Source of the DNA: Meiothermus sp.
Lineage (GTDB): Bacteria; Deinococcota; Deinococci; Deinococcales; Thermaceae
Length of the DNA: 15,117 bases
Direction: 5' to 3'
NCBI GenBank assembly: GCA_033762915.1
Contig: JANRLD010000090.1
Span: 1 to 15,117 of the forward strand
Below are positions 7,571 to 15,117 of this stretch, one piece after another. The position numbers and the translations under genes are program-made. The notes beneath the pieces are model-generated. The model was not told where the DNA came from. It worked only from the letters and a program-made list of their open reading frames with translations, and ran no database searches. Numbering within the stretch: the stretch's first letter is position 1; every line of letters begins with the position of its first letter.

Positions 7571-8329
7571 GGCGACGAACTCAACCATGGCCGCCTCGGT
7601 GAGGGCTCGAGCCTCTTTGTGGGGGGTGTGAGCGCAGTCGGGGATCAGCAGCTCAAGGGCTTTCCCCGCCACCTGGCCGATAATCGATGAAACCTGCGCG
7701 GGCGTCCCGAACTCGTCATCCAAACCCTGTATCGCCAAAACCGGGCAGGTGATTTTGGGCAAAATCGCCTCGATGTTCCAGTCCTTGAACCAGGGCGCAG
7801 TCCAGGTCTGTGTCCACGCTGCGTACAGCGCAGGAACCTTTTCGCCGTGGTAGCGCTCGAGGCGCTTGGCGATGTCGGTGGAGCCGTAGGCCACGACAGC
7901 CTCCCGGATTCCGGCCAGGGTCACCTCTTCCACAAACACGTGTGCGCCCTCGGTAATCACTCCTTTGACCTGAGGCAACTCGCTGGCGGCGATGAGCGAG
8001 ATCGAGCCGCCGTCGCTGTGGCCGATCAGGATGGCTTGCTTGATCTGGTGGGCCTCGAGCACCCCCGGCAGAATCTCCAGGGCCTCGACGTGCATGTAGT
8101 CTTTAGCCCTGGCCCTGGTGAAGGACGACGACCCACCGTGCCCCACCCGGTCGTAGATGAGGGCACTCAAGCCGGTCTTCTCGGCCACCACGGCCGGAAA
8201 GTCCCGCCAGGTCTCGATGCAGCCCAGCGAATCGTGCAAAAAGACCAACACGGGTTTGTCGGGCCTATCGGGCCCAATCCGTCGCGCCCTGATCTGATGT
8301 CCAGCAACCTGGATGCTCGAGTCGGTCAT
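7559..8329 (-). CDS. Alpha/beta-fold hydrolase
   Basis: 256 aa. VFLHDSLG, YDRVGHGGS, nucleophile elbow GHSDGG, IQGLDDEFG (acid) and CAHTPH (His). Its 3' end overlaps the recombinase 3' end by 12 bp. Confidence 0.92.
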   Translation of the reverse strand: MTDSSIQVAGHQIRARRIGPDRPDKPVLVFLHDSLGCIETWRDFPAVVAEKTGLSALIYDRVGHGGSSSFTRARAKDYMHVEALEILPGVLEAHQIKQAILIGHSDGGSISLIAASELPQVKGVITEGAHVFVEEVTLAGIREAVVAYGSTDIAKRLERYHGEKVPALYAAWTQTWTAPWFKDWNIEAILPKITCPVLAIQGLDDEFGTPAQVSSIIGQVAGKALELLIPDCAHTPHKEARALTEAAMVEFVASVV

Positions 8330-8362
8330 GGTGGTGGCGTAGGTGGGGCGAAACCAGGACCC

Positions 8363-11300
8363 TCAGGCCAGGGCCTCTTCCCGCTTGATGCTGTAGACCT
8401 TGCTCAGTCCCTTGTCCGTGGTCACGCCGTAGAGCGCGTCACAGGCTTCCATGGTGCGCTTCTGGTGGGTGACCAGGATGAACTGGGTGGACCTGGAGAA
8501 CTGGCGCAAAAAGCGGCAGAAGCGCTGGATGTTGGCCTCGTCTAGAGGCGCGTCGACCTCGTCCAGCACGGCGATGGGGAGGCCTCCCCCCTCCCCCACC
8601 TCGGACAGCGCGAACAAGAAGGCCAGCGCCCCCATGGTCCGCTCGCCCATCGAGAGCAGGTTGAGGTTGACGGTACGCTTTCCGGCGGGCCTCAAGACCA
8701 GATCGAGGCCGCCTGCAAGGCGCTCGAGGATCACTTCCGCGCCCAGTAGCATCTCGGCGTACTCGCTGAACTTAACCTTGAACAGCTCGTACACCTCGTC
8801 CATCTTGCCCCGGTACTGCCCCTCGACCTCGCGCAGTTCCGCCTCGAGCTTTTGCACCGCCTCGCTGGCCTCGGAGAGGGCCACCTCGAGCTTCTCGACG
8901 TCCGCGCTGAGCAGTTCGTACTCGCGCTCGGCCAGGTGATTGACCGGCCCAATCTCCTCGAGGGACTGCTCGACCTCGGAGAGCAGCCGGGCCAGTGATC
9001 GGCTCGAGCCCTCCTCGACTGGGCCGGCGGGGATCTCTGAGAGTTCAACCTGAAGGGTTTCGATCGTCGCCTCCCGCCGGGCCTGAGTGATGTTCTGGGC
9101 CTCGAGGTCGGAGACTATCTGGTTGGTGCGCGCGATCAGACGGGTCTCTTCCTCGGCCAGGGAGCGGGTGCGCTGGCGTGCGGCCTGGAGGTTGGCCTCG
9201 AGGCCGGTGAGGTTGAGCTTGGCCCTGAGCCCCTCGAGGTTGGCCCGGCGGGTCTGGCTCTCTCGCAACTTCTCGCCGAGCTCGAGCTGTTCTTGTCGCA
9301 GCAGGCCCAGACGGGTCTCGAGGTCGCCGGTCTGGAGCTGCGCATCTTTGAAGCGGGCCACGTCTTCGCGGTAGCGCGTCCAGCGGGCGGCAACTTCGCG
9401 GGTCTGGGCCAGCTGGCGGGTCAGGGCCTCGCGCTCGGCGCGCAGGGCCTCGAGGGTGGCGGGGTCGGGCGGAACCACCGGCGCGGGGGCCACCGGCTCG
9501 ACCAAGGCTGACTGTCGCTGGAGGTTTCCACCCAGGGCGCGCAGCTCCGAGGCCAGGTCGGAGCCCTGGCGGCGCAGGGTCTCGAGATTGAGCCCCGACA
9601 GCTCGGTGCGCAGGGTGGCCGTCTGACGACCCAGGGTAGAGGCCTCTTCGGACTGACGCTCGGCCTCGGCGGTGGCCTCCTGAAAACGCCGGCGCAAGGC
9701 CAGCATCTGCCCGCCCTTGGAAACCCGACCGCCGGTGAGTGCACCGGAGGTCTCAAGGAGCTCACCTTCGAGGGTGACCATGCGGGGCGCATCGGGGAAC
9801 TTTTTGCCAAGTGCGAGGGCGGCCTCGAGGCTCTGAAGCACCAGGGTATCGCCCAGCAAGGTGGGCAGAGCCTCGGGGCAGGCGGGGAGCCGGACCAGAT
9901 CCCTCGCCACGCCCAGCATGCCGGGCTCCTTGGAAAAGTCGCGCCGCCCTTTGCCATACTGCTTGAGCAGCGTACGCGGCAGGAAGGTAGCCCGGCCGCC
10001 CTGCTTCTTGAGGTGCTCGATGCCCTTCTGGGCCGCGCCCTCACTGTCGGTCAGCACCCACTGGGTGCGCCCGCCCAGAGCGATCTCCACAGCCAGTTCC
10101 AGTCCGCCTTGCACCTCGAGCAAGTCCGCGACCACGCCCAGAATGCCGGGGATCCTGGCGTCCCGGGCCTTCTTGGGGCCTTCGGCGAGGTCGGACCCGG
10201 AGCGGATGATGGCCTCGAGGCGACCCGCCTCGGACTGGGCAGCTCTGGCCTCGGCGGCGAGCTGGCCCTCCTGTTTGACCAGCTCGTTAAGGCGGGCGCG
10301 GAGCTCGGACTCCCGCGATTCGGCAGCCTTTATACGTTCGGTCTGCGCGGCGAGGCGGGCCTCAAGCTCGGCCCGGTCGGCCTCGAGGCGTTGGCGCTGG
10401 GCGAGGGCGGTCTGGAAGGCCAGCCGCTGGGCCTCGAAGGTGGCCTGGGTCTTGAGGAAGTTCTCGAAGCGGCTCTGCTGGTCGCGCAGCCGGGCTTCCT
10501 CGGCCCGTAGAAGCGGCTCGAGTGATTTGGCCCTGGCCTCGGCCTGGGCGTTGGCGGCACCGGTGGGCTCGGGCTCTTCGGGCGGGGCAGGCTCGAGATT
10601 GGCCCTGAGGCGGGTGATGCGGGTCTCGGTCTCGGCGAGGTCCTGGGAGAGACGCTTGAGGAGGCCATCGGCCGACTGGCGCTCCTGCTCGGCGAGCCGC
10701 AGGTCGCCCGCAATGGCCTCGGCCTGCCGCAGGGCCTCGGCGTGGAGGTTCTGAGCGGTGTCGAGGTCTTCCATGGCGGCGAGCTTCTCGCCCTCAATGG
10801 CCCTGAGGCGCCCAGCGACCGCCTGGCGCTCGCCCTCGAGCAGGGCAGCTTTTTCGCGGGCGGCCCGGGCCTCGGCGTCGGCTTCGCGGATTCGGGCCTG
10901 AAGCAGAGATCGCTTGAGGATCAGGGCCCGCGCGGCCAGCTCGGCAGCCCGCCTGGCGGCCTTGGCCTGTTCGGCCTTCTCGGCGATGGCGGTGCGGCGC
11001 TCCTCGACCTCGGCGCTGCGGGCTACCCACTCAGAGGTGGCGGCCTCGAGCTTGTCGCGGGTGGCCTTGGAGGCCTGGGTGACCGCGCGGAGCCCGGCGG
11101 CCTCCTCGAGGTAGGCCAGCAATACTTCCGGACCGGCCTGCAAAATCTGCCCGATTTCGCCTTGCCCCACCACCGCATAGCCGGTACGGCTGAGTCCGGT
11201 GCCCATCAGGGCATGCTCGATCTGGCGCAGCGTTGAGCGGTTACCGTTCAGGCGCACCTCGGTGTCGCCGTCGCGGTCGAGTCGGCGGCTCATCGAGACC

Positions 11301-11566
11301 CGCGCCTTTTCGCGCGAGACTTCCAGCTGTACTTCGGCGAAGCCCGTGGGGGCGCGGCCGTCGGAGCCGTGAAACAGCAGGCTTTGGGCTTCGTCGCCGC
11401 GCAACTCCCGCGCCCGGGCCCCTACCGCCCAGCGCAGCGCCTCGACCACGTTACTCTTCCCCGACCCATTGGGCCCCACAATCCCAAAGACGCCAGGCCC
11501 GAACTCGAGGGCGGTGCGCTCGCCGAAGGATTTGAAACCCTGGAGGATGAGGCGGTCAATCTTCAT
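8363..11566 (-). CDS. smc: Chromosome segregation protein SMC
   Basis: 1067 aa. GFKSF, Walker A GPNGSGKS, Q-loop VVGQGEI, coiled coils, hinge (GVVADLL, GRATFLP, SGALTGG), GPVNHLA, signature LSMGE, Walker B/D-loop VLDEVDAPLD, H-loop LVTH. Confidence 0.97.
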   Translation of the reverse strand: MKIDRLILQGFKSFGERTALEFGPGVFGIVGPNGSGKSNVVEALRWAVGARARELRGDEAQSLLFHGSDGRAPTGFAEVQLEVSREKARVSMSRRLDRDGDTEVRLNGNRSTLRQIEHALMGTGLSRTGYAVVGQGEIGQILQAGPEVLLAYLEEAAGLRAVTQASKATRDKLEAATSEWVARSAEVEERRTAIAEKAEQAKAARRAAELAARALILKRSLLQARIREADAEARAAREKAALLEGERQAVAGRLRAIEGEKLAAMEDLDTAQNLHAEALRQAEAIAGDLRLAEQERQSADGLLKRLSQDLAETETRITRLRANLEPAPPEEPEPTGAANAQAEARAKSLEPLLRAEEARLRDQQSRFENFLKTQATFEAQRLAFQTALAQRQRLEADRAELEARLAAQTERIKAAESRESELRARLNELVKQEGQLAAEARAAQSEAGRLEAIIRSGSDLAEGPKKARDARIPGILGVVADLLEVQGGLELAVEIALGGRTQWVLTDSEGAAQKGIEHLKKQGGRATFLPRTLLKQYGKGRRDFSKEPGMLGVARDLVRLPACPEALPTLLGDTLVLQSLEAALALGKKFPDAPRMVTLEGELLETSGALTGGRVSKGGQMLALRRRFQEATAEAERQSEEASTLGRQTATLRTELSGLNLETLRRQGSDLASELRALGGNLQRQSALVEPVAPAPVVPPDPATLEALRAEREALTRQLAQTREVAARWTRYREDVARFKDAQLQTGDLETRLGLLRQEQLELGEKLRESQTRRANLEGLRAKLNLTGLEANLQAARQRTRSLAEEETRLIARTNQIVSDLEAQNITQARREATIETLQVELSEIPAGPVEEGSSRSLARLLSEVEQSLEEIGPVNHLAEREYELLSADVEKLEVALSEASEAVQKLEAELREVEGQYRGKMDEVYELFKVKFSEYAEMLLGAEVILERLAGGLDLVLRPAGKRTVNLNLLSMGERTMGALAFLFALSEVGEGGGLPIAVLDEVDAPLDEANIQRFCRFLRQFSRSTQFILVTHQKRTMEACDALYGVTTDKGLSKVYSIKREEALA

Positions 11567-11692
11567 AAGAGGATGCTTTGGTGAAGGCAGAGACTATCTC
11601 TAACGATTCGACTGCTCAAATCCACCGGCTAAAGCATACGCGAAAGCGCTGGGTTTTCCACCTTGCCCTCTCCTCTTCCCCGCCCAGCCATC

Positions 11693-12235
11693 TCACTGCC
11701 TGGCCCTTCGAAATGGGTCGATCAGCGAAAGGTGACCCAGGCTCTCTACTTCCCGGCCCTGGAGTAAAAAGCGAACCTGCTCGACGCGGGGGTTCTGGCG
11801 GAACTCGAGTAGGGTCTGGGCGATTCCATAGATCAGGGCGGTCTCGGCAGCACTGCCGTAGTTGAGGCGTGCGTAGGCGGCGGGGAGATCTACGATCGCC
11901 GTATCTTCGCGCAGAAAAACGGTCGGGGCGGGCGTGCCGGCGGGTACCAGGGCCGCAGCGCCCTGCTGCTGGGGGCCTCGCATCAGCTCGACCAGGGCTC
12001 GAGTCAGGGCGTCCTCGCCCTGCAAGAGTTGCACCGTGCGCGGCTCTACCGCCAGACCCTGGCCGTCATCTTTCGCGAAGTGCAGCCGAATCTGGCGCGG
12101 CCCGCCGGGGTCGAGGTCGCCGGGCAGATTGAGCTGCTGGGTCCCGGTTGCGCCCTGGGTAAAGTAGAGCCCCGCGGCTGCCGCCAGCAAGACCAGCAGG
12201 CCGAGGAAATTGGTGAAGGTGAATATCTTTTTCAT
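11693..12235 (-). CDS. GerMN-domain membrane-anchored protein
   Basis: Start moved to ATG 12235 (MKKIFTF, 180 aa). N-terminal hydrophobic helix; GerMN-like motifs ALVELMRGP, LVPAGT, TAIVDL, GSAAET..IYGIAQTL and VEQVRFLLQG. Confidence 0.85.
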   Translation of the reverse strand: MKKIFTFTNFLGLLVLLAAAAGLYFTQGATGTQQLNLPGDLDPGGPRQIRLHFAKDDGQGLAVEPRTVQLLQGEDALTRALVELMRGPQQQGAAALVPAGTPAPTVFLREDTAIVDLPAAYARLNYGSAAETALIYGIAQTLLEFRQNPRVEQVRFLLQGREVESLGHLSLIDPFRRARQ

Positions 12236-12330
12236 GGAATCACACATTGGTGGCCAGAGACAGGACAAAGATTTGTGGGAAGGGCGAACGCCCAGAGGTT
12301 GCCTTCGCGGGCTCACCTATAGGCGCTGCG

Positions 12331-13641
12331 CTAGGGCCGGTTTCCTCCCTGCCGAGGGTCTTGCTGGGGCGGGGTGGCCTGGGTCGGGGACTGGGAGGGC
12401 GGGTTGGCGGGAAGGCCAAGGTAGGCCAGGATGGCGTTGGTGAGGATTTCGGCGGCCTGATTGCGGCCCTGGGGGGTGCGGAGCTGCTCGAAGCCGAGTT
12501 CTACCATCACCGCCGCGCCGCCTGCCTGAGAGAGCACGAACATGGCGTCCTGACTCGAGTTGGCCACGATTCCCGCCGCCGCAAAAGCCTCAGAGATGCC
12601 CTGGGCGAAGCGGGCGGCAGAGCCGGGGGCGGCCACGTAGCGCTCGAGGATCGGCTTCTGGCCAGCGGGCGTTCTGGAGTTCAGCTCGCGGCCGCGCTCG
12701 AGGAGGCGCAGGGTCTGCACTTCGGGGTAGCTGTAGATGCTGACCCGGCTGCCCGCAGCCGCGTGGACGCTTACGAATACCTGCGCCGTGGAGGCGAACT
12801 GCGCCCTGGCCGCCAGCGGGACCGCGCGGTCGGCACTGCGGGTAAGGACGACTTCGACGCCGCGCCCGCTGAAATTGGTCCGGATTCGGTTAACGACGCT
12901 CAGCACCAGGTCTTTTTCTGCCAACGTCCCCACCTTAACCCCAGCGTCTTCGCCGCCATGGCCTGCGTCAAGGACGACCCGGGGCCAGCGTTTGGTCTCA
13001 CCCCGCTCCACCACCACCTGATTGGGCAGATAAAAGATGCGGACTGCCCCCCTGCCCTGGGGCAAATAAATCTCCTGACCCCAGCTCTCGCGGCTGAAGC
13101 TGATTCCGGTGGACTGCGGCGCGTCGGGCACCTCCTCCACCCCGATCATGGCGACACGGGGGGGATTATCGGCGACCACACGGGCCTGAACGTCGCGGTC
13201 GAAGCGCAGCACGTACCGCTCGACCGAGCCGATGGTGGCACGGGTGACCTCGAGCAGCCGTGCCGGCTTCAGCGCAATCACGGGTGCCCCGTAGTCGATC
13301 CGGTATACCAGGTCGAGCTGTCGGGCCAGTTGGCGAACCGGAACCCATAGCTCTCCGGCGAAGCGGTAGGCATTGAGGAAACGGCTTGCATCAGCGCCCT
13401 GGGAACTGATTCCGAAGACCGCCACCCGTCCGCCCCGGCTCAGGTAGAGGCGCGAGGGGGTAACCAGGACCCCAAGCCCCAACGACTCAGCGATAAAGTC
13501 GGCCCGGCCAAAGGCCACCGAGCCCCCGCCGGGGTAGAGGGTGCGCCCCTCCTGAGCGCCCACGATCAGGCGGCTCTCGTACTGCGCGAGCCCCAGGCCC
13601 AGCAGCACCGCCAACACGAACAGGGGGCGAAGGAAAACCAT
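12331..13641 (-). CDS. N-acetylmuramoyl-L-alanine amidase (Amidase_3), exported
   Basis: 436 aa with signal peptide. Zn/catalytic motifs VVLDAGHGGEDAG, LAEKD, VVLTR, FVSVHA and VMVELGF; Pro/Gln-rich C-terminal tail. Confidence 0.92.
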   Translation of the reverse strand: MVFLRPLFVLAVLLGLGLAQYESRLIVGAQEGRTLYPGGGSVAFGRADFIAESLGLGVLVTPSRLYLSRGGRVAVFGISSQGADASRFLNAYRFAGELWVPVRQLARQLDLVYRIDYGAPVIALKPARLLEVTRATIGSVERYVLRFDRDVQARVVADNPPRVAMIGVEEVPDAPQSTGISFSRESWGQEIYLPQGRGAVRIFYLPNQVVVERGETKRWPRVVLDAGHGGEDAGVKVGTLAEKDLVLSVVNRIRTNFSGRGVEVVLTRSADRAVPLAARAQFASTAQVFVSVHAAAGSRVSIYSYPEVQTLRLLERGRELNSRTPAGQKPILERYVAAPGSAARFAQGISEAFAAAGIVANSSQDAMFVLSQAGGAAVMVELGFEQLRTPQGRNQAAEILTNAILAYLGLPANPPSQSPTQATPPQQDPRQGGNRP

Positions 13642-13649
13642 CCTGATAA

Positions 13650-13678
13650 GTTTTACCGTTTGAAGATGAAATTGGCAA
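13650..13678 (-). promoter_or_regulatory. Putative promoter of the amidase gene (leaderless or very short leader)
   Basis: Minus strand: TTGCCA, 17 nt, TAAAAC, 8 nt, ATG. The -10 box lacks the conserved final T. Confidence 0.4.
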
Positions 13679-13726
13679 ATGAGGACGAGTAGAGAGGGGG
13701 AAGGAAAAGCCTGATACGTCGGGCCT

Positions 13727-13767
13727 AAATAGAATGCCGATATGGTTTACCGGGCAAACCATTGGCA
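13727..13767 (-). terminator. Hairpin with U-rich tail between smpB and the amidase promoter
   Basis: Minus strand TGCCA-ATGGTTTGC-CCG-GTAAACCAT-ATCGGCA-TTCTATTT. One position pairs as G-U only on the minus strand. Confidence 0.5.
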
Positions 13768-13880
13768 AGTTTGAAATCCTCTCGCTCCAGGTCTCGACCC
13801 TGCAAGACCTTGGCCCAACAGTAACGCCACTTCTCTCAATGACCTAAGCCCAAACCAACCCCAATCTTGGACAGAGCAGC

Positions 13881-13915
13881 TATGTGACGTATTTCACGAT
13901 AAAAAGGATTTGTGA
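13881..13915 (-). repeat. 35-bp intergenic motif, copy 3 (inverted relative to copies 1 and 2)
   Basis: Minus strand TCACAAA-TCCTTT-TTATCGTGAAA-TACGT-CACATA, starting 14 nt after the smpB stop. Contains TGTGA-N6-TCACG (13883-13898). Confidence 0.8.
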
Positions 13916-13929
13916 CAATCTTAGCCGCA

Positions 13930-14361
13930 CTACCAATTCTCCATTTCGCGCTTTACCGCTCGTTTTTTGTCATCTTCCCTCTTCTGGTAGTCACGCTTGC
14001 CCCGCCCAAGGGCAAGCAACAGCTTGGCCCGACCTTTTTCGTTGAAATAAATCTTGAGCGGTATCATGGTCAGACCTTTCTGCTCGACCCTGGCCCTGAG
14101 TTTTACCAGCTCGCCCCGGTTAAGAAGCAGCTTTCGCAGCCTGAGGGGATCGTGGTTGGTGTAACCGCCCTTCTCATACGGGGCGATGTAGAGGTCTTCA
14201 AGGAACAGCTCCCCTCCCCGGAAATGGGCGAAGGTGCCAGTGAAATCGGCCTGACCCGACCGTAGGCTTTTGACCTCGGTGCCCTTTAATACCAACCCCG
14301 CCTCGTAGGTCTCGAGGATCTCGTAGTCGTGGCGAGCGCGTCGGTTTTCGAGTCCGGCCAT
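13930..14361 (-). CDS. smpB: SsrA-binding protein SmpB
   Basis: 143 aa. ENRRARHDYEILETYEAGLVLKGTEVKSLR, NHDPLRLRKLLL, GLTMIPLKIYF, GRGKRDYQKRE. Confidence 0.98.
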   Translation of the reverse strand: MAGLENRRARHDYEILETYEAGLVLKGTEVKSLRSGQADFTGTFAHFRGGELFLEDLYIAPYEKGGYTNHDPLRLRKLLLNRGELVKLRARVEQKGLTMIPLKIYFNEKGRAKLLLALGRGKRDYQKREDDKKRAVKREMENW

Positions 14362-14371
14362 CAGACTTGAT

Positions 14372-14400
14372 ATTGTAAATCTTCACGCGTCAAACGCCAA
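14372..14400 (-). promoter_or_regulatory. Putative smpB promoter
   Basis: Minus strand: TTGGCG (14400-14395), 17 nt, TACAAT (14377-14372), 10 nt, ATG. No SD. Confidence 0.55.
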
Positions 14401-14643
14401 ACGCAAGGTTTGAAAATCCAAGGGGTGGACGCCGGCTATGTCCGGGCGGGTAAACACAACCCGGTGTAGCTGTATCTGGCACACTCGAGGCTCTTCTACA
14501 CTGGGCTTTTATGACTACACTACAAAGGGGTATTATGAGCGTTGGCTGGTTTGGAAGTGCTTCAATCTCAGGCCATTCCACCGCCCACGACTCGGGTTCA
14601 ACACAGGTTTTTAGGTCCAACTGCCAACAGCTATCCGCTTTAA

Positions 14644-15117
<474 letters not shown>

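Noticed and set aside
6290..8329. Prophage or genomic island around the recombinase
   Set aside because: No tRNA/tmRNA target, flanking att duplication, phage or conjugation genes, or clear compositional shift in the neighbouring genes.
2276..12316. ORF-track starts at 2276, 5109 and 12316
   Set aside because: Downstream ATGs (2291, 5148, 12235) fit the SD sites, signal or anchor peptides and gene spacing better.
9861..13350. Long antisense or overlapping ORFs (e.g. 9861-10754+, 12247-13350+, also 2369-3073-, 7847-8545+, 14611-15096-)
   Set aside because: Shadow frames of well-supported genes in high-GC DNA, with no recognisable motifs.

Overview
A GC-rich bacterial chromosomal segment, most likely Deinococcus-Thermus and probably Meiothermus-like (inferred from the Thermus-type AspS, SmpB and GAPDH N-termini, the apparently leaderless genes and the abundance of CTCGAG). 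Gene order: partial aspS(-), a 590-bp AT-rich spacer, hisS(-), an Opp/Dpp-type ABC cluster (substrate-binding protein and two permeases, no ATPase)(+), a XerC/D-like tyrosine recombinase(+), then alpha/beta hydrolase, smc, GerMN protein, N-acetylmuramoyl-L-alanine amidase and smpB (all -), and partial gap(+). The genes are mostly housekeeping. The main unexplained signal is a 35-bp intergenic motif, TCACRAA-N6-TTATCGTGAAA-N5-CACWTA, in three copies. Two are direct repeats 309 bp apart between aspS and hisS; the third is inverted and lies just after the smpB stop codon. It could be a dif-like recombination site, possibly for the recombinase lying between the copies, or a CRP/FNR/Rex-type operator. 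CTCGAG is about tenfold over-represented. All assignments come from reading motifs by eye; no database searches were run.
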